DNA of 64,000 bases. Source: Lama guanicoe. Taxonomy: Eukaryota. This document shows positions 52,936 through 64,000 of this stretch, one piece after another. The notes beneath the pieces were generated by a model. That model did no database searches and was not told the origin of the DNA. It saw only the letters and a program-made list of their open reading frames with translations. Within the stretch, counting starts at the first letter, position 1. Each line of letters opens with the position of its first letter. A program made the position numbers and the translations under genes. The stretch is from assembly GCA_013239625.1 (NCBI GenBank), contig MU054098.1, positions 2,419,104-2,483,103 of the forward strand, given 5' to 3'.

Positions 52936-52959
52936 TCCATCATCTTCTGTGTGTTGAGT

Positions 52960-53130
52960 GCTACAAACACACTATCTTAAACAATCCTCAGAACAATCTC
53001 TAAATGATAGATATTATTATTCCCATTTAACAGATGAGGAAACAGGATCAGGCAAGTTAAGTAGCACTCCTGATATTGTATAGCTAGTAAATGATGGAGG
53101 CAGGATGGGAACAGAAATGTCTCTTCTTCC
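52960..53130 (-). mobile_element. MIR SINE
   Basis: attattattcccatttaacagatgaggaaacagg. Confidence 0.8.
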
Positions 53131-54231
53131 AAATCTTTCATTTTCCCCTTGGCTTACACTATACTGATTCCTCATTATCAAAAAGCACTTTTAATAGTCA
53201 CTTTTGCTGTCCTTGCTGTTATTTTGCTTTGTGTTTTCTCTTTTTTATTTAAATTTTTGAATAGGTAATTTGTATCCATTGCTCAAAAATCAAAATATAT
53301 AAAAGGGTATTCAATGAAAAGTCTTGCCTCCACTCTTTCCCATCTACTTGGTTGCCACTACCCTTCCCCCATCTTATTTTTTCCCCTCTAGAATTTCAGA
53401 ATGAAAATACAAGAAACTATGAATTGATATTTAGGAAGATTTTTAAATAATAAAGCCTCTCAAGCTACAGCTCAAATCCATTTTGTCCTTTTGCTGCATT
53501 CTCAATACTGTGCAACTTTGGAAGAACTAACACTTGTGTTAAGGGACAGATCTTTGAGCCAATTAGTTATCCAAGCAACTGGTGACTACACCCACTTTCT
53601 AAAATGCTTTATAGTCCCTTTGGGCCCGTGGTGCTCACCTGAATACTATGTACATCATATAACCCTACTGCCTCAATATTGTTATATACCCTACCAATTT
53701 TATCTAAACACTACAGAATCTTGGAATTCCAGGAAGAACAAACAGGAGAGGAGAGGGTAGGAGAGAGAGAGAAAGGAGAGCAATGTCCACAGTGCACAAT
53801 GGGGAAAAAACATAACCAATTCATGAAATATAGTTATTATTCCACATAGTAGTAAGGTGATATTTTAGTATCAACAAACCCAACATCTTATTTATAAATG
53901 ATCTTTGAAAAATTGACACAGCTTTCCATCTAACTTGCAAAACAACATGTAGACATTGAAACACACTACTCCATAGTTGGGTAGCATGTAATATATCAAC
54001 AGGCACACAAAACAAAAGATGACAAGTTTGGTTTAAACAAAGAATTGGGTAAACCTGATAACAAAATCAATATACCACAGTAAATTATTTCTGTTATCCC
54101 TGCTATGGACGTTGTAACTTAAGAGCTGCTTCTTCCCAGAATATCAGTTGCATGCAATATATACATGCCTTCCAGTAGCACAAAACAGAACAGCTTATCA
54201 TCCTTGTTTTATTTGTTTCCATCCTTTAAAG

Positions 54232-54522
54232 CAGCGTTTTTCAAAATGTGGGCAGTGATTCATTAATGTACTGTGAAATCAGTTTAGTACTTCATCACTA
54301 TTTTTAAATAAAATAGATTAAAAGAGAAAAACGTGAATCACATGTAGTAAGAGTAAACATTGTTTCATGAAACTTTTGTTCAGTAATGTATGTGTGAGTC
54401 TGTGGGTGTGAATGTGTGGTGAGTGTGTGTGTGTCCATGTGCACATTTGTGTGTATGTTGGGTCCACTGTAAACATTTTTTTTTGCTGTGGGTTATTGTC
54501 AAAAAGTTTGATAAATGTTGCT
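54232..54522. mobile_element. hAT-Charlie-type MITE
   Basis: cagcgtttttcaaaatgtggg...aaaagtttgataaatgttg, degenerate terminal inverted repeats. Confidence 0.55.
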
Positions 54523-55244
54523 TTGAATTATTGAACCCATTAACCAGATGTTATAAACAATTCTTGTAAATAAGTGAATCTCTGCCTAAATATAAAAACC
54601 TGAATCTTCTTGAGATATTAGGAAATTCCACACTATCCTTTAGCATTGTGGTACCTAGTCTGTGAGAATGCCCAGAAAGCAGCAAGGATCCAAAGAAAAA
54701 CTTTAAAATCCAATAAAAATGAGAACACTTTCTCTGTGATACAAGAACACTTGGAGATTTATGACATCTGGATCTGGTACTGAGCTTCACAGTCGTCACT
54801 TCCATTGCCATCTTTTGGATACAATGGCTCAGGGGCCCTGGCCTGTGCTGAACATAGCCTGAAAGTCTGCAGCCTACATAAAATATTTTACCTCAAGAGC
54901 CACCTGAGAACTTGGTGCTGTAAACTGTGCTGTCACCTTCACACAGTGGTCATCCCCAGAAACTTCTCCTAGATTGGTATCATTTAGTCTAATAAACATC
55001 AAGCAATAAATAAAGATTAATAGGAAGGTATGTTTGGGGATAAACCAAGGAAAGAGCTGATGAAGTGGTGATGTATAGGTAAAGGTTTTCCTAGAATTGC
55101 AGAAAAGAGGATTTTCACATTTGTTGTAGGATATTTACACCAAGGAAGAGAAAAACGGGAGGGCCAATGCAGAGGAAAGGAAGAGCTGAGTATTAAGTGA
55201 TAATTAAACAATTATTCTTCCAAGTATTAACTGAGCCCTACTAT

Positions 55245-57640
55245 CAATCACTTGACAAATATTTACTGATTGTGGACTACGTGGAAGGCACTGTGGGGTA
55301 CAAACATGCATGCCCATCCTTTCTCTCTAGGAGCTCACAAAATGATCAAGAGTGAATTGGATGAAGTGAAATTGTGGTATGGCTGAGTAGGGCACTGTGG
55401 TTTAATCCATTCATGGACATATATTTAGTCACATCTAAGAGACAGAGCTGGGAAATTAGGTTCTACTAAGACTGTGGAGGGCATTATATGTTAGGCTGAA
55501 ATTGTATCTCATTTAATGGCTGAAAAGGGAGATCACAGTGGATTTTGAGATAAAAATGAATTAGTGATAGCAATGTTTGGGGATGATTATTCTGGAAATG
55601 GTATGCAGGAAGGATAGGCATACCAGTTAGGAAGCAGTTACAGAAATCTAGGCATGAGGTGTAAGTAGCACTGTGCAGAAATACAGAATCTGGGTCCAAA
55701 TCCATTTTGGTGTGATTCTAGCACTGCCACACTGAGCCTTAGTTTTCTCACCTATGATAAGAGGATACTGACAATACCTACTTCATGGAAATGCTGTGGG
55801 GATTAAATGAGTTAATACATTTAAAACACTTAGCCCAGTACCTTGCCATAGAAAGCACTAGATCTGTGTTAATGGTTATAGTTTTTATTATTGTTGCTGT
55901 TACTATAGTAGTGAGCCTCAAAAGGATGGGGTATGAAAGACACCATAAAGGAACAGTAGATATGTTACAGTGAATTGCTGTATATATGTGATGGAGGTAG
56001 TCAAAGACAACTGCAAGTTTTATCCACATAACAGAGAATAATGATGCTATAAGGAAATGTGAAGGTGGGCAGAGATGGGAAGATGATGAGTTGAGATTTT
56101 GATAAGAGTATCAAGTTTGAAGTTAAGCAAGGCATCCTCTTGAAAATGTCCACCAAGAAATTTGAGGTGTGGAAATGGAGCTCGAGAGGCTAGGAAATGA
56201 GAAGAAAATTTGGGAAGTCACAGACATATGTATAAAAAATTTTTATCTCTAAAAATAGATTTTAACTCTCTAAGGAAGAAAGTCAGAAGAGGGAGAAAAG
56301 CAGATAAAAGTAGAATCTTGTGGTCCGTGTTTATTGGAGGGAGAGGAGCCAGAGAGACAGAGAAAGAGAAGGCAAAAGGAGAATTGTGCAAAGCACCATG
56401 GAGAATTCATAGGAAGAATATTCCATGCTTTGTGAACTTAGGATGCTTATAATCTAGTTAAAACACTATGACACTGAAACTTGTGACATTGTAAACTATG
56501 AAATATGTAATAATGACATTCAATTTAAAAATATAAGCTCTTGGTTCCAAAATATACTTGATTTGGTTGACTAGAGAGGTCAGGAAGGGTTCATGGGTGT
56601 TTTAGCCCCTGAAGGATGGATGACATTTGGAGACACACTGGGGGGATGCATTTCAGATGAGGGGAATCATGTGATCAAAGGCAAGGAGTTAGAAATGGGC
56701 ACATAAAGTTTAAGGGAGAGAGAGGAGATAAATCTGACAGGAGTGAAGGGGAGAAGATCAGGAAAGGGAAGAAAGGAACAATTTTCAAATTAACTACAGA
56801 GTTAATCTCCAGTCCCAACTGAGGAGGGATTGAAAATGTTCAGTCTCATCTTCACTTTAAAGCTGGATGTTTCATGCTTTTTTTTTCTAACATGAAACTA
56901 GACTCCCAGTTTTCTGTTAACTGAGTGGGCAATATTGTTGTTTACAAGAATAAAGAATGATGGAGGGAAAAGAGCAGGTTAGGATGAGGGGATTTGGAGG
57001 TGGGAGAGAGATGATGAGTTAGGTTTGGGACATATTGAGGTCAAGGTGCCAGTGGACATCCAAGTACAGCTGTAAAATGGGCAGTTAGATATGTGGATAT
57101 AGGACTCAAAATAGAAGTCTGAGCTGGAGGTACAGATTAGGAAATCAACATCCCCTAATAGCACAATAATAACAATGATGATGACAACTATTTTATTAAG
57201 TATATGCTATACTAAAGTCATGATTGCAAGAGTTTTCCAAATAATAAATCATTTAACCTTCACAACAACCCTTTGAGTTGACACCAATAGCATCTATTGG
57301 AGCCAGGATTTAAACCCATCCAAGTAAAATGCCAAAGCACATGCTCTTGAGTTACTACATTAACAGCAGCTGTTGATGATGGAAGTAGAATCAATAACTC
57401 TAACTGAGTAAACAAGTAAGTCAACTATTGATCCTTGAGAATGCCAACATTTGAGAGGTAGGTGGGAGAAAAGAAGTTTTCAGAAGACGCTAAGAGACCA
57501 TAAAGGTAGATGAAAAACAGGAAGTGAGTGTTGCCTTCAAAATCATGGGTGGCGGGGGAAGAAAGGGATGTGTATCATCAGCATTAAGAGCTGGAGCCAT
57601 TGGATTTGACAATTTGAGGAACATCGATGAATGGAATTGC
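55245..57640 (-). mobile_element. fragmented L2 with nested MIRs (~55685-55900 and ~57170-57360)
   Basis: gatgatgagttaggtttgggacatattgaggtcaaggtgccagtggacatccaagt...aggcagttag-like reverse-strand L2 motifs. Confidence 0.75.
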
Positions 57641-57644
57641 TAGA

Positions 57645-57962
57645 GCAGAGGTCAGCAAACCACAACCATGACCACATCTGGCCTACCATTTGTTTTCGTA
57701 CGGACTGCAAGCTAAAAATGGTTTTCACGTTTTTAAACGCCTGGGGAAAACAGTCAAAAGATTTCATGACATGTTAAAATTATATGAAACTCAATTTCAT
57801 AAATAAAATTTCCATAAATAAAGTTTTATTGGAACACAGTTACTCTCTTTCATTTATATATCCTCTATGGCTGCTTTCCAACCGCAATGGCAGAGCTGAG
57901 CAGTACCACCACAGACTATTCAGCACATAAAACCTAAAACCTTTACTATCCAGGCCTTTACA
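57645..57962. mobile_element. MER58B-like hAT-Charlie MITE
   Basis: cagaggtcagcaaac...ataaataaagttttattggaacacag...tttactatccaggcctttaca. Confidence 0.88.
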
Positions 57963-57977
57963 ATTCAGTGGGGCCCT

Positions 57978-58205
57978 GAGTTAAGAGCATGGGCTCTCAT
58001 GTCAAATTGCTCTCTGTTCAAATCCCAGCTCCCCACTCACTAGGCTATGTGACCTTGAACAAGTCTAACCACCATTGTCTGTAAAATGGAGATTATAATA
58101 GTACTTACCTCATCAGGTTGTGTGAGGATCAAATAAGACAATTTGTATAAAGTACCCAACACAGTGTGTGGTTCATAGTAAGAAACGAGTAAATGTTAGC
58201 TGCTG
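57978..58205 (+). mobile_element. MIR SINE
   Basis: gttaagagcatgggctct...ttcaaatcccagctcc...ctgtaaaatggagattataatagtacttacctca. Confidence 0.9.
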
Positions 58206-58209
58206 TTAA

Positions 58210-58540
58210 TGTTCTCATGTGGCAGAAATGAGTCCTGGAGACAGACGCCAAACTGTAATGGGTGGCAAAAGGAATTGGAGATGAAAACTAAACAAATGGA
58301 AACTCTGCTTTTGATAATCTTCACAGTAGAGTTGAGAATGGGGAAGGAAATAGCTTGTGGGGGGGGAATTTTTCTTTTTGATGGAGAAACACAAACACAT
58401 TCAAGGGCTGAGAAGGGGAGAGTTGAGTGAGGAAGACTGAGTACCTGGGAGAAAAGAAATGGAACAACACCGAGGAGGTAGGAGGTTGAGGATCAAGAGC
58501 AGAGGTGGAGAGATTAACCTTAGAAAGGAGTGGGAACACC
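58210..58540 (-). mobile_element. degenerate L2 fragment
   Basis: ggatcaagagcagaggtggagagattaaccttag, reverse-strand L2-like. Confidence 0.55.
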
Positions 58541-59819
58541 TCAAAAAAATTAAAATAAAAGTGGGATCAAAACAGAAGATTTGACATGGAGTGGAGGAAA
58601 TTCATAGCTCAAAAAATCCTTTCTTCTGTGAGGGAGGAGACAGGCTTTTCTGTTGTGAGGCAGAGGCAGAAGGCCAGGATGGATCCCTGACGGTGGGACT
58701 TTCAAAAGGAATTTGACCTGGGAGATTCAAAAGTGACTTGGAAAATCAGAACTTGGTGGCCCCAGTCTGCACAGTCATGGAACTTTCTCTGGAGGTACTG
58801 AAAAGCCTGAGAGAAGAAATCTAGGAAAGGGAGGCTGGAGTTGGATCAGGACTCGCAGACGTGTTGAAAGACTTGGAGAATGCGACACAACCACTGGCAG
58901 CCAGGTAATCCCACGCCAGCCTGTCCTTGGAACCACAGTCTTGTCCGCAGCTTGCTTATCTTTATCCTGCTTAGTGTACTATCGAATTTGGGCAATGGTA
59001 CAGCCTTCCCAGACACTTCTAGATTTCTTTCCCTGAAATCTCTTTGCAACGCGGTAATAGACAGATGGTGTGCTCGAAACTCTGAGGAGGAACAGAGAGT
59101 GTGACTTTTATGGAGAGAATGATACTGCTGAAGGGTGGGGGCAAGTGCTGGAGATGGCTTGAGGACCGACCTATCAGGACTCCATGAGCCTAGCCATAAA
59201 ATCCCTTTTAACTCTTGAGAGGCAGGATGCGAGCTTTATGGTGTTCTGGCATTGATCCAAATTAAATGTTACAACAGATTGTATGTTAAGTTTTGTTTCC
59301 TCAAGACTTCAGAGGTAAAGTGATAGGGCTAACAGGCCAACTCCTGTCTGGGCAAACTAAAGACAGAGAAGGGGTAGAGGAAGGGGACATATGTCCTTAG
59401 TAGCCTGAGGGGGGCAGAGATGCAGGGAACAAATGCATAAGTTAGGGGTCAAGGTGGCAAGGAAGAAATGGAACAATTCATGCTCCAAACAGATGCCCAC
59501 TAAGCCCCCCTGAAATGTGCAGCTCAGCAGACACTACGATAGGGTAGTTCTGCAGATTCTGAACCACACTACTTCAGAGAGCTCGAGCCTGCTGCTGGAT
59601 AAAGTGGGGCTCCCAAAGGCATTTCCCCATCCTGTCCTGATCTTCTGGCCCAGGACCCAGACAAATGTGTCTTCCCCTTCCAGGCTGCCAAGCACACAGG
59701 TTGAGTCTGATAAAATGATGGAGATGGACAGATTGCCTTCAGATAGCCCTGCACATTCCCAACACACTTTCTCATCTACCCTTTTAAGCAGACAAGTGCT
59801 GTGTCAAGAGCATCACCCC

Positions 59820-60022
59820 AGGAGTCAGGAGTTCTAGACTGAAGCACCAGCTCTGCTCCTTACCATTAGTGTGATCTTAAGCAAGACGTGAAACCTCCTG
59901 CACCTCTCTGAGCCTCAGCTTTCAGCATTTGTAAAATGAGGATATAATAGTAATGTTCTTATGGAGTGGTTGTGAGGGTTAAATAGCAGTGCTTAGAGCC
60001 TGGCTTATAAGCATTGATTAAC
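59820..60022 (+). mobile_element. MIR SINE
   Basis: cctctctgagcctcagctttc...tgtaaaatgaggatataatagta...gttgtgagggttaaat. Confidence 0.8.
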
Positions 60023-60077
60023 TGCCGCCGCCACCGCCGCTGCCGCCACCACCACCATCATCATCATCATCATCATC
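60023..60077. repeat. compound trinucleotide (GCC)/(ACC)/(ATC) repeat
   Basis: directly visible. Confidence 0.95.
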
Positions 60078-61809
60078 CCCATTTAACATATAAACATCTT
60101 GAAGCATGACTTCCAACAAAATTAAGCCTGAATCTTGGCTATGCCACTTACCGGTCATAAGACCTTGAGCGAGTTACATACCTCCCTGAGCCTGCTTCCT
60201 CATCCCCAGTTTAAAGCAGACTTACCAATCAAACAAGAAACTGTGAAAAGCATACAGTAAAATCCAGATGCTATTTTTCTGTCTGAATGAGTGTCACCTC
60301 ATTTTTACAGACAGAAAAAAGAGAGCTGAGAGGTAAAGGCATTTACCCAATGAAGCAATACCAAACCCAGGGTTGAGAACTCAAGACCCTCTACTCCCAA
60401 CCCAGGGCTCTTCCCACTTATATTCTCCAGGAGCAGTTGGTCCTCTATGCAGACAAGAGGGTCCCATCTGGTCCCAGCAGTGGAGACTCTGCTGATCTGA
60501 GTGCTTCCCTGCTGCTCACCAGCCAGAAAGGCAGCAGCACCGACTGAGCCCCTTTCAGGCAGATGTCAGAAGCGGGAACCTCACATTCTTTTCTGAGCTC
60601 TTGTAGCAACTGAGCAGTATGTGAAAATGGAGGGCTCCAGCTAGCTTCACACTTGAAATACTTTCCTCTCCCCACTACTAGCCCTTGGCGCCTGAACCTC
60701 CATCACGTAAGCATTGCTCCTTTAAGCCTCAGTCCTTATTCAAAAGATGTACCTGTATACAAGGACTGTTACCAAGGATCAGTCATCAGCTCAACAATCG
60801 GAATCAGATCCTTCAGCTCTTTTATTCTCTGGCAGGGGGGAAAGAGGAAGATTTAAAGTATAGGACACTGTTCAGGCCTCCTGCACAGCTAGAGGGCACC
60901 GGACACAGCAGAGAAGACATGAACAGAGAGAGGGGCACAAGAAGGGTAGGCTGATAAAGCAGCTCATCTGTTCCCTTTCTTGGGGTGGAGGGACAGGGAG
61001 GCCTAAAGAGACATCCCTGGAATGTTTTTTTTTAAAAAAAGCATGGGCTTGAAATGCAAAACTCAGGGTTCCCATATTACGAGCAGATTCCTTAACCTAA
61101 GTCTCAGTTTTTTCTCCTACAAAATGGGGTGATAGTCATAAAACAATCTGGTAAGATATGGTATTAAGAAGAAAAATGTGTATGAATATGTTTATAAATC
61201 TCGGTCTAGATAAAAGGGATCATTAGGACTCCAGCAACTAAAGGCACCCAGTGAACTTCCCAAGGGAGGCTCAAGGGTACAGTGACCTTGACAGCTAATG
61301 ACCAGGTGAGATGCACCCGGAATTCCTCCCAGTCCCCCTGCCATTAAGTGGAGCATATCATGCACCTGCCATGCCTCACCTCCGATTCCATCTCTCTCCC
61401 CGTCTCTGGCAAAAGGGAAGAGTTGACTAGCTCTCCCTGGGGCTGGCAGTAGGTCTTTAGAGCTCTGATGCCAGAGCAGAGGAGGTGGGCAACAGGCAGA
61501 GGGCAAGGTGCTTGAGGCTACATGTCTGGCCTCTGACCAGCTGCAATCTCTAGACAGACATAACATCCTGGGCACAAGCTGGGGGGCAGAAACAATTAGG
61601 ATGACCTCTCAGGGATACGGCTCTGGAGTCATTAAAGCAGTGACATAATTGGCCTGCCAAATCTGAGTTGGCAGACACACACCTTCTGGCGATAGGGCAA
61701 AACAGTTGTCTCAGGAAATAAATAAAGCAATATATAAATACTTACTGAGGCTACTAGCTATTTTTTCTCTCTCTCTTTCCCTTTCCTGACACTACTGGGA
61801 TCAGAGGCT

Positions 61810-62215
61810 GAGAGATGACAAGGGAACGAATAGCTGGGGCCCAGGACCCCACTTGGCCAGACAATAGCTATAGGAACAGAGAGAAGGGAATGGAGATAAG
61901 AGACATGTTAGAGACTGTACTGATAGCGCTTAGTGATGGGATGTGGGAGAATAATGGAAAAGGGGGGTTCAAGGATGACTCCCAGTTTCCTGGCCTGGGA
62001 AACTGGATAGATGGTGTTGCCAAATAGAAAATGTGTGTGTTAGATTAAGATGGGAGTGATGATGAATTTGTGATTAGATCTGTTGATTTTGAGGTCTGTG
62101 TAGAGAGATCACATACCAGCGGTGATGCTCAGTAGGTAGTTTGACACAAGCTCAGGAGAGGGAGGTAGAAGGAAATCAGATTTGCTATTCACTGCTGTAC
62201 AAATCAGTCATGGAA
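61810..62215 (-). mobile_element. L2 fragment
   Basis: tcaaggatgactcccagtttcctggcctgggaaactggatagatggtgttgcca. Confidence 0.8.
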
Positions 62216-64000
62216 ACTGTGTGTGTGAATGAGGCTGATCTTTTGAAAATCACCCAGACCATGACTTGATCCATCCTATGTTGAAAGGGAACTCTCTAGG
62301 TCTTCAGATAAAAAGAATTGGCTTTGCCTTCCTATGACCTCATTATCTAAACTTTTCAGTAGGGTGATAATTCCCATACAACATTTTTAGATGCTTAAGG
62401 AAAATCAATCACTGATATGGACAAGGCAGAGGGTTGGCTCCTATTCTGAACCAGAATAGAGACAAGAGAGCTGAGCCAGAGACCCTGGGTGATTTCCGAT
62501 TTCCAAAGCTAGCTCTCTGAGGTGTATGGGGCTGCCACCATGGACAGCAGCTCCATGGTATCTTTACTGCAGAATAGACTTCATCTCTTCCAAATGTCCC
62601 ATGCCCCTGAGGCCTCATTGACTAGAGGCCTACAGCCAAGATTGGCAATAGCCTTTTCTCTTCTGAGGAAAACGAAGAAGAAAGAGGCAAGAGAAAGGGC
62701 ACTGATGCTAAATTGCCTGGTGACGTTGAGTAATTTATCCTCTCTGTTGCTTGGGAAATAATGCTATCTAGCTGATCTACCTCACAAGAAAGCTTTGAGA
62801 ATCAAATGAACTAAGGAATATGAAAAAGTCCTTTAAAATATATTATAAAGGATCAGAAATTGATACATTGTAACTGAGTATACTTCAATAAAAAAATAAA
62901 ATAAAATATATTATAAGCAAAATATATTGTAATTTCAAGCACCAAGATCCTTGGACTCTACTTTCCAATTCATCATTGTTCCAATCAAAAATGATATTTT
63001 ACTTTACCTCCATTTAATTTCCTATGTACGAAAGAAGTGATCATAGAGCTTTGTTATTTTGGAGTGTTTGTGTGTTTGGGGTGGAGTGGGGAGTGTGCTG
63101 CTTGTAGACAGCCTAAATTTTTATAAATGGCTTTGGCATAAGTAAGCACTTAAAATGCTAAGTACATTTTTATATACTACCTGACATTATTCTTTTAATC
63201 TTTCATATATCTTCCTGCAGTATCTCTTTTGCTTCAAGGAATTCATTCAAGCATACACTACTAATCCCAAGCTCCTGTGAGGAAAGGGGAAAAAAATCAA
63301 TCTCCCTTTGCCTCTCTGCCTGCCCTTCAGGTAGAAGGGCTCCTTTATTTAAATTAATAAAATAAAATTAAGGCACCATTAGTTTTCTAGGACTGGTGCC
63401 TTCAGTTGCATAAAAAAAAAGCAGCACACATCACTCCCTGAGCTGTCCATAGTTTTCAAAAGCCAAAAATGATCATGAGGACATGTGCTTATAACAAGCA
63501 AAGACAGTGCTGCACAGGTGAGGAAGGAAGAAGACATGCCAATGAATAAGAGTTATTCAGCCCCTGACTGGATTACCTATAAAAGGTAAGCCTGGATAGA
63601 ACCAACAGACTTGCAATCTGAATGAAATAGAAAGAAAGGTGAATCAGGACACAGTGGAATTAATCTGTCATAATTTGGTTTGGTCCTGCCTACAGTCCAG
63701 AGTTCAAATGTGCCAGTCTAGAATCTCTAGGTTTCTTCAAGCCCCAGAGTCCCAAGATACAATGAAATGAAGTGGACTTAACCAGCCAACAAAAATAGCT
63801 CCCTGAGACCTTTTGTAAACTAGCCTAAGACATCTGTAAACAACTTCTAGGCAGAGAAAACATTTCTGGTAATGCCACCACCATTCTTCAGTCTCCTGGA
63901 CTAAAGGTCTGAGTCATTTTATCTTCTACCTTTCCTTTGCCCCACATCATGAAATCAAGTCACTAAGTCCTGTCATTTATCTTCTACATGTTGTTACTGC

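Noticed and set aside
63436..63462. Partial RE1/NRSE match on the minus strand (TTGAAAACTATGGACAGCTCA)
   Set aside because: The left half-site is too degenerate; isolated TCAGCACC half-sites at ~44941 and ~45892 also lack a partner.
1..64000. Prokaryotic-style systems (CRISPR arrays, operons, defence islands) or foreign inserts
   Set aside because: The sequence looks uniformly mammalian (LINE/SINE/LTR content, CpG depletion); I saw no repeat-spacer array, long ORF or compositionally alien segment.

Overview
Mammalian, repeat-rich, essentially non-coding DNA. Four tRNA-derived SINEs of the camelid vic-1 type and camelid-type L1 3' ends point to a camelid (alpaca, llama or camel). I found no recognisable protein-coding exon; the ORF track is mostly chance ORFs and L1 ORF2 remnants. 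The one clear functional centre is a CpG island at about 44.3-46.4 kb that looks like a head-to-head promoter. It holds a long (~0.9 kb) minus-strand first exon ending at a CCG|GTGAGC donor (44746) and a plus-strand first exon ending at a GGG|GTAAGT donor (46187). The layout matches my recollection of the X-linked TRPC5 (minus) / RTL4 (ZCCHC16, plus) divergent pair, but that identification is tentative and was not verified by alignment. Bases 1-44.7 kb would then be intron 1 of the minus gene, dense in L1, L2, MIR, LTR and DNA transposons. Bases 46.2-64 kb would be intron 1 of the plus gene. Retroelement orientation largely flips across the island. I see no evidence of a genuinely new biological system; the findings are regulatory and structural leads. 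Repeat subfamily names come from memory of consensus sequences. Boundaries are approximate unless a target-site duplication (TSD) is quoted.
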